Shown: one piece after another, positions 1 to 13,567 of the stretch
Layout: the number at the start of each line of letters is the position of its first letter
How positions within the stretch are numbered: position 1 is the stretch's first letter
From: Monocercomonoides exilis PA203
Lineage: Eukaryota > Protista > Preaxostyla
Length of the DNA: 64,000 nt
Direction: 5' to 3'
Assembly: GCA_001643675.2 (NCBI GenBank)
Contig: LSRY02000001.1
Location: 744,001-808,000, forward strand
Translations under genes and position numbers: made by a program
The notes under the pieces: model-generated
Databases searched by the model: none
Told to the model about the DNA's origin: nothing
Seen by the model: the letters and a program-made list of their open reading frames with translations, nothing else

Positions 1-1814
1 ATTATAAAAAAGATGAGATGGTTGCTAAAAGAAGCCAAAGAGAAATTTAATGATAATCACTTTTTCTTCAGCAACGATTGGAGAACAGATGGGGATTTAT
101 TTTGTTTTGAATCAACAGAAGAGGAAGAAGAAGCAGTTGATGAAGATGATGATGAAAAGGAAGTAGAAGGTTGTGATTGTGAAAATGAAGGAAAAGGTTG
201 AGTTGAAGATGGAGAAAAAATACTTATCGACTTCCATTGCTGCGGAAGGTGCCAAGCTTGTGAAATATCACATTTTTGATTTTCATCAAAATCATTTCTT
301 TCTTTTTCCAAAACCTGTTCCCTTTGCTCGCTTCTTTGTACTAAAACTTCGCTATTCGCTCTTTCTTTTCTTTCTTTCGCTTTTTCTGCTTCGTATACAC
401 TTAGATCATCGTCAGAAGCATCTAAAATAAAAAAATATGGTAAAATGATGTTTATAAAAATGAAAAAATTGTAATAAAAAATTAAAAATAATGGTAAAAA
501 AGTGAAAGATAAGCCTCCAATTTTTGCCAAAATTGTAGTTATTGTGGGTGTCAGGGTATTTTCTGGATTGAGTTTATTTTTCATTTTGGAGAAATATTTG
601 GCATTGGCCATTTTCTTTGCATCAACTTTTCTCATGTAATTCAAATATAATTCCTCCAAAAACTATGAATTTGCTTCTGCATCTTTCTTTGTGAGTGGAT
701 TTTGTAATATATGAAAGTTAGTGAGGCAGCATGCGACGCAAAAATAGTCTGCAACCTTCACGACATCAAATAACCAAGGTTTTCTGAAGACGGTGAAGAG
801 TGTTTTGAGCCTTCCAAAGAATCTTTCAACAATGACACGATGAGATGCAAGCTCAGGAGTTCCAACGGGCTTTGTAATAATCGCCCCAAGCTCTGGTTTC
901 GCTCCTATGTTAGCAGAACCGGCCAAAATCTTTGCTCCTCCAAGCTTTTGAACAAATGTGGGGTAATGTTCTTTGAAAATAGTGAAATCGTGAGTTGACC
1001 CAGAGTAGATAGAACTGATTGTACTTGCTGTCCCCACCTTAGGGTTCACTCCCACCTCCGCCTTGACACAATAAATGTGATGCTTCCCTGAGTAGTATTT
1101 TTTTCCAAACTCCAACCTCCCTCCAGGTCTGTTTGATGGAATTACTGTGCAGTCAAGCACAATTCCCACCTCCTTCATTTGCTCTAATCGATCTGGACGA
1201 AATGAAAGAAAAAGATTTGCAAGTTGAGGTTTTAAATTTGATGCTGTTGAATGAAGAAGTCGAACTGTTGATGTTTGAGATTCGTGTTTTGATTGAGATA
1301 TGACGTGAGTTAAAGAAATAGAACCATGGTAAAGAAAAACAAACAAAAGAAAAAGTTGTTCATCCAAAGATTCGATTGATTTTACACTTCCGCGATGATG
1401 TTGGGCTGATGATGAGAGAAGACGAAGATGCAAGTCGAATTCATAACGAACAAACCCAGTCAGTCAGTGAAAACCGAAAGATGTGTCAGTAAATTTTTTG
1501 CAAATTTTATCGATGATTGATTGCTGATCATCATCAGATTTAATCTCTATATGAGATGGCATCACATTTCTTTTTTCTTCGCTCTTTAAAATATCGAAAA
1601 ATGGAGATTGAGACATGAATGATGAAGTTTCAAAAAAGTTAAATACAAAAACACCCATTAATAACAATTATTATCGATCATATTCGCACCCACAATAATT
1701 GTTATTTGCATTGACTCAATCAAATCGATTTGTCTCGATCAAATTTGCATTATATTTAACTCATTTGCTTTAGCAAAGGCAAATAATGCATGACCAGTTC
1801 AAATCGCATAAGTC
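1..1814 (-). mobile_element. PIF/Harbinger/ISL2EU-type DNA transposon, copy 1 (left end outside window)
   Basis: Contains a DDE_Tnp_4 pseudogene. 1711-1814 is homologous to the terminal segment 16261-16366 of copy 2. Confidence 0.8.
230..1615 (-). pseudogene. DDE_Tnp_4 (IS5/Harbinger/ISL2EU-like) transposase pseudogene
   Basis: ORF 663-1433 has LDCTVIP, YYSGKHHIYCVK, GSTHDF, ILAGSANIG (from DSAYIG) and RVIVERFFGRLK. An in-frame TAG at 663-665 separates it from ORF 57-659. The N-terminus lies in ORF 1464-1667 (frameshifted). Confidence 0.9.
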
Positions 1815-2559
1815 ACAATAGACCTTAAACGAATTGAGCAGGTCAATTCGAATTGACTAAGTCAAAACGTTTTCAGTCAATTTTAATGGTTTTGACTCAA
1901 TCAGTTCGGTTTTCCTTCTATTTTTTTTGTGATCAAAAAATCAAAAATTATGTATCAATTATGATCAGTAATTCTGTTATTTTTGATGTTTTTCTTTGTA
2001 TGAAACATTTTGATATTTTTTGCAACATGGATTAACAATAACATTTTCATTCTCATCTATTTACATGTGTGATATAATGTTTCGACTTTATTTGTTCTGT
2101 ACAGTTATAATGTCAGTTTTTTCGTTGGTTTTTAAGATATATGAAGTGATCGCAATAACTGTGAAGGATTAACAATGTTTTCTTTATAATCTTTCGAATT
2201 ATTAATAGAAAACATTCGTTTTATTATTAATGTCAAAAAATGATTGTTTTTTTGTTTTTCATTATCATTTCACTAAGATTTTCTATGAAAAACTACGTAT
2301 CACCAATTTTTTTGTTAACTTTATTTGATTTTCACTCAGAAATATTAGAAAAATTAAATATTTAATATTTCTATTGTATTATTATTATACTTAAATGAAT
2401 GAGAAAAAATTGACATGTGATTGATAAAATAAGCATTTCAATGTTTGTTGCTTTACAAATTTAGAAGGGGTGATTGAGTTGGGTTTCCTTTTGGTGAAGA
2501 AGAAGAAGAGGAGGAGGAAGCCTATGAAGAGGAAGATGGAAATTCAGGAAATTGTTGTA

Positions 2560-3000
2560 TTGTTGGATTGAAAAACGATTTCACTGATTTCCATTGATTC
2601 GGTAACAGCCAATACAGTGAATTATCTCTGGTTTGAGAAGAAGTGTGATCTTGTTTCCGTTGTTTTTCAATAGAAATTGATCTTTGCTGTTCTCTTTGTT
2701 CGGAAATTCTTTCTTGCTCTATTTTTCTTCTCTCTTCTGCTAATTCGGCTGAAGTTGCACTTGAGTGATTATCTGATATTCAAAAAAATATTATGGATAA
2801 ATGTTTAATAAAAAATAAGTCAAAAAAACAATCATTGAAAGTTAGAATGGGTTAAATGTGAAAAATAAACTTGGCGTTTCTGCTAATAAAGATGTTATTG
2901 TGGGTGTAAGTGAATCTCTGGGGTTGAGTTTATTCTTTAATTTTGCGATGTATCTCTCGTTGGCAATGCTCTTTGCTTCTAGCTTTCGTATATGGGAATT
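2560..3000 (-). pseudogene. 3' part of copy-2 Harbinger-type transposase
   Basis: NSHIRKLEAKSIANERYIAKLKNKLNPRDSLTPTITSLL aligns with NYMRKVDAKKMANAKYFSKMKNKLNPENTLTPTITTIL of copy 1. Confidence 0.85.
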
Positions 3001-3007
3001 TTTTATT

Positions 3008-5535
3008 GAGATAATAATCTCGTTCAATGTTTGATCTTTTTTTGGAATTTTTGTGGGATAACTTTTTAAATGCATTGGAAATTAATCAATATGATAAATC
3101 ATCATTTTCTGTAATATTTTTAATACGCAAATTTGGATTGATTCAATTTTCGAAAATAACCATAATTGTTCGTATATAAAGCATTTTCTTTTTTGCTGAG
3201 TATAATTCGGTCGTGCGAACTTTTTGATGTTCGAAGAATATAAATTTTCAATCTTTAATAAGTTTCATTTTCTTAAAATATTTGATTGTTCATGAACACA
3301 CACGAATGGAAGCTTTTCATTCTTTTCAAATTTTTTTAAGATTTCTCGAGATAAGCAATATAGCAACGACAACAAGCATAGAAGATCGGAAGAAGAATTA
3401 GAAGTTTCCACAGGTGTTGCATGCTGGATATGATTTTGTTTTTGATTTTTGATGATTTGAACTTTTTTTGTATCGTATTATTTTCCTTCTTTTAATTTGT
3501 CTTTTATTTCATTCAGCATTTAACATACAATATATATTTCTATCATTGCGTTTGTAACAAATAGCTTTGATCTTTGCAATGATTTAATTTTTGTTTTTTA
3601 TTGAAAATTCATAAATTTATTTTTTTCCTGTGACATTCAATGACATAGTCAATGAACGATTGAAATTTTGGAAACAAAAAGAATATCTGAATATTTGAAA
3701 CAATTATAAGGGGATATCTTTTTTATAACTGGAGTTAAAAGAAAAAAAAATATGAAGAAAGAAAAAAACAAGATTGAGGAAAAGATGAGAGAAGAAAGTA
3801 TTAAATGAAAGATGCTTGAGGTTTAATAGTTGAATTCACAAACATATGGAAATAGAATAGCTGCATAAAAAGAAAATAATAGGAAAGAAGTTGAAAGGAA
3901 AAAAGATAAAGAGAGAAGAAAAAGAAAGGAGAAAAAGATAAAGAAAGGAGAATAAGAAAGGAGAGAGAGAGAAAGAGAGAGAGAAGGAAAAGAAGGTTGA
4001 AGCATAAAGAAGAAGTGGAGAGAAGAAGAAGAAGAAGAAAGAGAGGAGAGAAAAAGAAAAAGAAAAAAGGAAATAATAAAAAAAAGAATAAGAATGAAAA
4101 AGAAGAAAAAGAAAGAAAAGAAAGATAAATAAATAGATAGATAGAAAGGAAGATTGAAAGATTGAAAGAAAGACTTCGAAAGGAAGAAGAACAAAGAAAA
4201 AAGGAAGAAGAAGAAGAGGGAATCAAAGAAGTGCTTGGAAATGGTGTAGGTTGATCAGCAGAGTTATCATTCCCATTCTGTTTAGACTGTCCAGCCAGCA
4301 TTCTTCCATCTCCAATGTCTCTTCCTTTGAGCGAGTGCAGCACACTTTCGTCGTCCATCGATAGCTCCTTCCTCTTTTCCCTTTCGATTGCTGCCTTCTT
4401 CTTCTCCTTCCGCTCCATCTCCTGCGCCTTCTCCAGCGGTGTCTGCAGTTGCGAGTGCACTCTCGTCTTCTTCGGCTCAGCCACAGCCGTCGAACGAGCA
4501 GAAGACTCCTTCAGAGCATCTCTGCTGAGCACAGCTGTCGCCCTGTCAAAGTTCGGTGGCAGTGGATAATCATCATTGCCTTCGTCGTTCTTCCCTTTCT
4601 CCTTCGAAAGCATTGCCAGCGACGCTTTCTGCTCCTCTTTCTCTTTTTCTTTCTCTGCTTTCCTTCTCTCCACTTCCTCCACAGTTCTCAGAATCTCCTC
4701 CTTTCGCGTGTTTTCCTCTTCGGTAAGCATTTTTCCATACAAAAACTGCACATTTACCGCAAACACACTTCTCACAACTGCTGCCTCTCCTTTCCCATCA
4801 GCCACAATTTTTTTCTTTCTCAATGAAAGCGCTCTTTCATTCACCTCGTTCTCATTGTCTACTTCTTCTTCATACACTCCACTTACTCCAAACACACCCC
4901 TTTTCCTCCTCATTAGTTCCTCAATGCCTTTTTCTCCACTTCTCTCTCTTTCTCCTGATGTACCCAGATCGCCCTCTCTGTATCTCTCTCCTCTTTCTTC
5001 TTCCCCTCCTCCTTTCTCTCCTTCTCTCATTCCTCCTTCCTCTCTTGATGCCTTCATTCGCTCTTTGTCCATTGCTGCCTTCGTGCTCTGCTTCAGCTTC
5101 GCCTGCAGAGACTGCAGATAGCTCGTATTCAGTGTCTGTGCACCAGAACTGCCTCTAACAGAGAGAAGAGGACCAGTTTAGAGAAGCTTCCGAGTGAAGA
5201 AAGACTCACCACGTAGTGTACCACCAAGGAAGAAGGAAGAGGAAGAAGAAGAAAGAGGAGATGTCTTTGGAGAGCTCAATGCAGATGCAGCTGTTTGGGA
5301 TGAGTTGATTGAGGCGTTTGAGCTGTCGGCTGATCCTGTGCTTGCATAGCCCTTCACACTTCCTGTGTCACTTGCACATTTCTCTTCATTCTCTTCTGCT
5401 GCTTTTTCGTCGGCCTCTGCTCGTCTTTTCTCTTCTTCTTCTCTTTCTTCTTCTTCTTTTGCCTTCTCAATCATCTTCAAAAGCGCTGTTTCTTCCTTCT
5501 TGTCTCTGTATTCAACAGCCAAATGAACATTCTGA
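3008..5535. repeat. Left arm of ~2.5-kb near-perfect inverted repeat
   Basis: Reverse complement of 11160-13432 plus 14923-15175. Only a few SNPs and homopolymer indels seen. Confidence 0.95.
4220..5535 (-). pseudogene. 5'-truncated duplicate of a host-like Glu/Lys/Ser-rich coiled-coil gene
   Basis: ORFs 5178-5522 and 3801-5072 are in frame across a single TAA. The sequence is the mirror of 11160-12470. Confidence 0.65.
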
Positions 5536-6149
5536 AAAATTATATTAAACTTATCTTGAAAATGATTTATTTGAAAATGTTGATGCGTTTTCTATTTCGA
5601 ATGAATTTTTTTTCTAAATTTGTATATTTGAATAATCTTTTCATAATGGATTTTTAATTTGTTGACATCTGTGTTGATAATAAAGCTCACGGATATAAAC
5701 TTCAATAATACAAAATTGTTAAAAGTGATTCGCTTAGCAAACAAGTTTAAAAATTCTTTCATATTGGAAGACATAATTGCCCATCCAGTATTTTGCTTCA
5801 GATTTTAGAGATAAATTTGACTTTCGCTTTATTTCATTTCTTATTGGAAAACTCATTCTTTCTTTCTTTTTTATATGAGAAAAAATGAAAATCTTTTTAT
5901 TCAGAAATTACATAAATTTAAATAACTGTATAAAAAGATTTTCATAATGAAATTTTAATATCCCTTTGATCGGTTTTCAACTTATTGTTATTTGTGATAC
6001 GAATTCAGATAAGATAATTTCAACATAAATGTTTACAACTCCTGAATCAACATTATCAACGAGAGCATGCAATGCGTGGAATGAATTAAAAAGAATTTGT
6101 GGAAATAAAGTTGATAAGCTTTTATTATTTTTATAAACAAAGATCAAAG

Positions 6150-9100
6150 CAGCTGCAGATGAGGCAAATACAATTCGTCAACAATTAAATGGTAATTGTC
6201 AATTGATTTCAAGTGAACTATAACCGATTTTTTGTTGTGTTTTTTTGGTTTTTTTGTTTTCAATGTTTCACTTTGAATTATCAGAGTCTCTGAACACACT
6301 GATGAATGATCTGGCAATTGTTCACAATGCCTCACATAAACAGACACAGACAATGATTTTGCAAGCCGTTGCTCGTGATTATACACTGAAAAAGCTTCAA
6401 AGGTTTGGCTTAGATATGTTAAGAGGGCAGCACAGTTACGCTAAAAAAACTTTGCAGAAAAACAATGATCAAATTATTCCTCCCCAAAAACCAATACTTC
6501 CAATGTGCAAGCGTGGTTTGAAGAATTTTTCTATGTTTCTTTTATGAAGATAATAATTCATTTTTTAAGGACTTGAAGAAGATGCTTGGCACTAAGGAAA
6601 CACGTGGATGATTAATCATTCAACCGAAATGTCTTCATCAATGATTTACAGTCAAAAATCGTCAAAGCACTCAAAAGAAGAACAGTTTTTGGATGAATCT
6701 GCCTGGGATGATTTGATTTGCATATCATCGCATGACAAAAGACAGGAACAACCAAATAAAAAAGGAGAAGAGTCATCAAAAAAGCATCAGAAAATTTTTC
6801 TAAATGAAGCATCCGACTTTCAATCTCATTTTGATAATCGCTAAATATCAACAAATTGTGAAGCTGAACACGACTATGCTGGATTTCGTAAAGAGAAAAT
6901 TCATCTTTTGAGAGAAAATACAGAAACATCATCAAAAGTGTTTCTAGTGAAAATATTCATGACAAACAGAGCAAATGACTCTCCCACATTTATTGCTGAT
7001 TCAATTATTTAGAAAGCAAATATCGATTGCGAAAATAATAGAAACATTCCGTTTCAAATTCGTTCTGAAAAAAATTTATTGTCTCCACCAATAATTCCTC
7101 CTTATTGTCTAACTCACTTTTTTGATTCTTTGGATCGGAGACAAGAAGCCAATGAATCATGTCTGACAACATTAATGAAAACCACTGACAATTCAAACAC
7201 TTGTTCACATGCAACATCAGAGACATGTCCTGCTGATGATTTACATTCAAATATAAGGGTGAGCAATGAATCCTGTTTTAGAAATTTAGCAATCCAAATG
7301 AATTAGCCATCGATTGAGAAAAGAACTGATGAAAGTCACATGGAAAATCCAGATGCAGAAGATTTGACGCATATTCAAAAAGAAAGAATTGAATTCTATT
7401 CTCAACGAAATGAAAATGACAACAGCAAAAACCAATCTGATTTTAAACGTGAAACAAAATGTCGCATTCGCAATCCGCAAACAAAAAAGTTATCAAAGAG
7501 AAAGGGATTAATAAATTAAGGAAATACATGTTATTTATCATCGTTATTGCAAACCTTTTCTTCCATCATATCTACTAATCCTTCAATGATCAAAGAACCA
7601 AATTGCAAGACGTGTCTTTCAAAAATGTAGTTGAATGTTTGCTCCCAGATTCAAGGAAATTCAAATTATGTGGAGGAATGGAAGCCATTCCTAATTGACG
7701 AATGGGAATCTTTCTGTGGTTTCGGAAAAAGAAAACAACAAAATATTACAGAATCATATGACTTCCTGAAAAAACGGCAAACAAATGACTATGCTTTTTG
7801 TGACAAAAATATCAACACAACCACTCATAACCACACAAAATGCAAAATATGTGGATTTTCTTCAATTGCACAAAGCACTTCCAACAATATAATCATCAAT
7901 TCAAATTCAGCGGAAAGAGGGCTGAAGAAATATTTATCGAAAGAAAATCTTTCAAAAAACAATTCAGTTTTATGTGGCAAATGCAGAAAACTTAATGAAG
8001 CGACAAAATGGACAGAGATTCGTGATTATCCACAATTATTTACAATTGAACACGAATGTTCATCCATGAAGCCATTAATTCCACCAAAACAATTATTCTT
8101 TTTTGTCAAAAATCATCATAGAATATTTGCAACTTCTTCAATTGAATTACCAAACTCGAAATCTTCAGCTCATCTTCATTCAAAAAGAAGTTATTCTTTT
8201 ATTGGACAAACGTTATTCAGGCAAACTGATCAATCCCATGGGCATTATATTTCATTTGTTAGAGATTCTAATATTGATCAAGAATCCTGGTTTATTTGCA
8301 ACGATGCTTTCGTTACAAAAATCAATGCTCAAAGTTGTAAACAAGCATGGGAAAATTTATTTAAAGAAGGATATATACCATCATTATCATTTCACATTGA
8401 AGATAACACAAATAACGGAAAAAAATACAAATCAAAAAAGAGGAGTACTTTCAAATATTCAACTATCTGAAAAGCAAACCAAAAAAACAGTAAACCAAAA
8501 TGCACTTGAAGGAGCAATGTTAAGAGCAAACAATGACGAAGCATTTTCAATATCCTCTTCAAACATCAACAATCATTTGCCATTAAAACGGAATCAAAAA
8601 TCAACTCGGAGATTATCACCAAATGAAAAAAGACTTATTTTCAAGCCGAAATCAAGATTATGGAAAGAATTTCAGGAAGAAACAAACATTAAGTTGTCAC
8701 TTTCTTATTTCAACAAACTAACGACACAATTTTCTCAAGCAAAAAAGAGAACTGACGTATGTGAAATGTGTGAAAAACTTTCTCATTTGGAAAGAAAATT
8801 GAGATATGTTCCTTTTTCAAAAAGAAGCAAATCAGATATGAAAAATTTTTCTATTTTGAAAATGCACATAACATATGCGGAATGGCAACGAAAACATTTT
8901 CAAAAAACAGTTCATGATTTGAAGGAGAATGAAGTGATACTGCTGTTTGATTTCAAAGAAAAATGGAAATTGTTGATCAGATTTCACCAGCTTCTGCAAG
9001 AATATTATGATTACAAACAATTATCACATTTCACAGTGATTTCAATTCAAAAACAAAATGATCAGTATGTAAAAAAAACTTACAACTTTCTATCAGAATG

Positions 9101-9950
9101 CCTATCAAATGATTTTCGATTTGTTATAGAGTGTTTGCAATCGGTTTTGAAAAGATCATTCTTCAAAAACTCTTCGACTTTCAAATATTTCTGTGATTCC
9201 GGTCCTCATAAACGAAGTCACTTTGTGCTTCACTATCAATTGCGAAGAAAATCTTCTTTTCTGAAAGGAAAAAAATGTGAAGTGAATTATTTCTCAGAAC
9301 ACCACGGAAAGAACTTTTGTAATAATGTATTCGGTGTTCTGTTCAACTCGTTTAATAATCACATTTCCGATGAGAATGTTTTATCATTGAAGGATTTAAT
9401 TCCTTTTTAAAAAAAGCATGTTGAATCTCATACAGTGTCACAAAAGCCAAACCAATTGATTTTTCCAAAAATTTTTCTATCATAATATTCTCAATCTAAA
9501 TTATCAGTGAACGACAGATATTTTGAAAAATATATTTCCTTACAATTGAAAATGTGGCCTTCTTTTATCATTCCACTCATGTAAGATTTTTTGTTTTTTA
9601 AAAGCGAGAATAACAATGAATTCGGATCTGAAGTCGGCATTTCTACACAGCACTGTTTAATTGATCTTCAAAGAACAAAAAAAAAGGAAACTGTTTTGAA
9701 TGAAAGAAAAACATGTTCAAAGAAGCAAAACTCACAAAATATCATCAACGTTTACAATCTTCAATTGAAACGATTAACAGACGAAACAGACTTTGACGCA
9801 ATTCATCAATATTTGATTTCTGAAATTGTCCCATACGTGTCCTTGATAATTAAGCAAGATAAAAAGTGCATGTTCGGCTTTTGCTATGTTGTGAAAGGCA
9901 AAAAACGTGGTATCAAGCATTAGATAAAAATAATCACTTTATTTTTATCC
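6150..9950 (+). pseudogene. USP (peptidase C19)-Sola2-like DDD transposase fusion, degenerate copy 1
   Basis: USP motifs: Cys box GLIN*GNTCYLSSLLQ (~7505-7552), KQQNITE, CKIC/CGKC, His box HGHYISFVR..WFICNDAFV (ORF 7631-8470). Transposase motifs follow: RTDVCEMC, LLFDFKEK, QEYYDYKQ, LSNDFRFV, FCDSGPH, NYFSEHHGKNFCNNVFG (ORF 8103-9410). Confidence 0.8.
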
Positions 9951-10919
9951 AGACTTGGATATGGTTTGATATCTCCCAGGTGCACTTTTTAATCTAATCC
10001 GATTGGCTTATTGAGAATCAATGATTTTGAAAGATAATGACCCAAAAATTTCATATAAGCTGCTCCAAATGTTGATTCTTTGTATATTAAAACATGTTAA
10101 TGAAAAGACGTGAATGTTTGTGAAATCGAAAATCTATTTTTGTTGACGATTAGGAACATCTCTTGATATTGGTGAGGAAATGTTATTTGTGCATTTTTTG
10201 ACTTTCTAAAAATATGCAATTTCTTTGTTGATCTGTGTTGAGAATGAGATAATGTGTGAATTGAAACTTACTACAATTATCATTTTTATAAAAGTTTCAA
10301 TTTTGATAAAAAGGAAGGATTGCAAAGTATTTAAAGAGGTTAAATATGGATGCTGTAGAAATTATTTCTCATTATTCTTTCTTTCAAATTCAATGAATGA
10401 TTGTCAAATAATCAAAAAAATGAAATAGTAGAGATTTAATGGAAATAACATTAAAGTTAAAGCTTTAATGGTATTCAAAAGATTTAAAGCTTATTTTGAA
10501 ATTTGTCATCAAGCAATTTTCAACATTGCGTGGAACGATAATTTTTTTTTCGAATGTTTATCACTTTATTCCATATGAAATAAACTATTGAGGAATTGGC
10601 AATTTTCATCAAATTCATTATAATATTTCTTTTCATGAAAACATTTTCAATAGTTAAGAAATTTTTGTAAGATCGAAACTGTTTTATGAATTATTGGATT
10701 TGCCTATTCATCACTTCGATAACGAGCATTGAATAATTCATTTTTAAAAAATAATTCATATATATTTGTTTCAAACATCATCATAATTTTCACGAATTGA
10801 TAATCAACTTGAAATGTGGAATAGCAATATTTTTGAATTGTTAACAAATGACATTTGATAATTTTCATGCATTGTATCACCATCTCTTCCTTTGTTGTCT
10901 TGAATACTCAACTTCTTTT

Positions 10920-12470
10920 TATCGTCCTCTCCGCTTTATTTCATATCCTTCAACATTTTTCAAATTGTCTTCTGTTATCTTTTCTTCACACCTGCTTCTT
11001 CTCTCCTTTATTTCTTCTTCTTTTTCCTAATCTTCATCTTCACTCCTCTCCATCATTACCATTATCATCATTACCATCATTATCATCATCATTTTCTTCA
11101 TCATCTTCCAATGAAAAATCATCTCTATCATCTTTAAAGAAGTCACTCAATAAAAATTATCAGAATGTTCATTTGGCTGTTGAATACAGAGACAAGAAGG
11201 AAGAAACAGCGCTTTTGAAGATGATTGAGAAGGCAAAAGAAGAAGAAGAAAGAGAAGAAGAAGAGAAAAGACGAGCAGAGGCCGACGAAAAAGCAGCAGA
11301 AGAGAATGAAGAGAAATGTGCAAGTGACACAGGAAGTGTGAAGGGCTATGCAAGCACAGGATCAGCCGACAGCTCAAACGCCTCAATCAACTCATCCCAA
11401 ACAGCTGCATCTGCATTGAGCTCTCCAAAGACATCTCCTCTTTCTTCTTCTTCCTCTTCCTTCTTCCTTGGTGGTACACTACGTGGTGAGTCTTTCTTCA
11501 CTCGGAAGCTTCTCTAAACTGGTCCTCTTCTCTCTGTTAGAGGCAGTTCTGGTGCACAGACACTGAATACGAGCTATCTGCAGTCTCTGCAGGCGAAGCT
11601 GAAGCAGAGCACGAAGGCAGCAATGGACAAAGAGCGAATGAAGGCATCAAGAGAGGAAGGAGGAATGAGAGAAGGAGAGAAAGGAGGAGGGGAAGAAGAA
11701 AGAGGAGAGAGATACAGAGAGGGCGATCTGGGTACATCAGGAGAAAGAGAGAGAAGTGGAGAAAAAGGCATTGAGGAACTAATGAGGAGGAAAAGGGGTG
11801 TGTTTGGAGTAAGTGGAGTGTATGAAGAAGAAGTAGACAATGAGAACGAGGTGAATGAAAGAGCGCTTTCATTGAGAAAGAAAAAAAATTGTGGCTGATG
11901 GGAAAGGAGAGGCAGCAGTTGTGAGAAGTGTGTTTGCGGTAAATGTGCAGTTTTTGTATGGAAAAATGCTTACCGAAGAGGAAAACACGCGAAAGGAGGA
12001 GATTCTGAGAACTGTGGAGGAAGTGGAGAGAAGGAAAGCAGAGAAAGAAAAAGAGAAAGAGGAGCAGAAAGCGTCGCTGGCAATGCTTTCGAAGGAGAAA
12101 GGGAAGAACGACGAAGGCAATGATGATTATCCACTGCCACCGAACTTTGACAGGGCGACAGCTGTGCTCAGCAGAGATGCTCTGAAGGAGTCTTCTGCTC
12201 GTTCGACGGCTGTGGCTGAGCCGAAGAAGACGAGAGTGCACTCGCAACTGCAGACACCGCTGGAGAAGGCGCAGGAGATGGAGCGGAAGGAGAAGAAGAA
12301 GGCAGCAATCGAAAGGGAAAAGAGGAAGGAGCTATCGATGGACGACGAAAGTGTGCTGCACTCGCTCAAAGGAAGAGACATTGGAGATGGAAGAATGCTG
12401 GCTGGACAGTCTAAACAGAATGGGAATGATAACTCTGCTGATCAACCTACACCATTTCCAAGCACTTCTT
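10920..12470 (+). pseudogene. Host-like Ser/Glu/Lys-rich hypothetical gene fragment
   Basis: ORFs 10855-11517, 11623-11898 and 11891-12892 join across a TAA at 11515-11517 and an A8-versus-A7 frameshift at ~11881. GC content is above the flanks. Confidence 0.65.
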
Positions 12471-13491
12471 TGATTCCCTCTTCTTCTTCTTCCTTTTTTC
12501 TTTGTTCTTCTTCCTTTCGAAGTCTTTCTTTCAATCTTTCAATCTTCCTTTCTATCTATCTATTTATTTATCTTTCTTTTCTTTCTTTTTCTTCTTTTTC
12601 ATTCTTATTCTTTTTTTATTATTTCCTTTTTCTTTTTCTTTTTCTCTCCTCTCTTTCTTCTTCTTCTTCTTCTCTCCACTTCTTCTTTATGCTTCAACCT
12701 TCTTTTCCTTCTCTCTCTCTTTCTCTCTCTCTCCTTTCTTATTCTCCTTTCTTTATCTTTTCTCCTTTCTTTTTCTTCTCTCTTTATCTTTTTTCCTTTC
12801 AACTTCTTTCCTATTATTTTCTTTTTATGCAGCTATTCTATTTCCATATGTTTGTGAATTCAACTATTAAACCTCAAGCATCTTTCATTTAATACTTTCT
12901 TCTCTCATCTTTTCCTCAATCTTGTTTTTTTCTTTCTTCATATTTTTTTTTCTTTTAACTCCAGTTATAAAAAAGATATCCCCTTATAATTGTTTCAAAT
13001 ATTCAGATATTCTTTTTGTTTCCAAAATTTCAATCGTTCATTGACTATGTCATTGAATGTCACAGGAAAAAAATAAATTTATGAATTTTCAATAAAAAAC
13101 AAAAATTAAATCATTGCAAAGATCAAAGCTATTTGTTACAAACGCAATGATAGAAATATATATTGTATGTTAAATGCTGAATGAAATAAAAGACAAATTA
13201 AAAGAAGGAAAATAATACGATACAAAAAAAGTTCAAATCATCAAAAATCAAAAACAAAATCATATCCAGCATGCAACACCTGTGGAAACTTCTAATTCTT
13301 CTTCCGATCTTCTATGCTTGTTGTCGTTGCTATATTGCTTATCTCGAGAAATCTTAAAAAAATTTGAAAAGAATGAAAAGCTTCCATTCGTGTGTGTTCA
13401 TGAATAATCAAATATTTTAAGAAAATGAAACTGGTAAGATTCAAGAGAGCTGGTACCAAAAATTCAATAAAAAATTAGCAAAAAATAAATA

Positions 13492-13567
13492 GGGTCTAGT
13501 GGGAATTGAACCCAGACCCTAGCACAATGGTCGGACATCAACCAACCACTAGACCATTATCGCACCC
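13492..13567 (-). ncRNA. tRNA-derived/Pol III-like cassette inside the Merlin element (not a canonical tRNA)
   Basis: Minus strand has A-box TGGTCTAGTGG, B-box GGTTCAATTCC, a closing stem GGTCTAG/CTAGACC and a downstream T-run. Confidence 0.5.

Noticed and set aside
3801-4220. Phe/Leu/Ser-rich membrane-like ORF tails, mirrored at 12480-12892
   Set aside because: These are translations of a low-complexity polypyrimidine/polypurine tract.
13492-13567. Canonical tRNA gene
   Set aside because: It cannot be folded into a standard cloverleaf with a D-arm. Kept only as tRNA-like.
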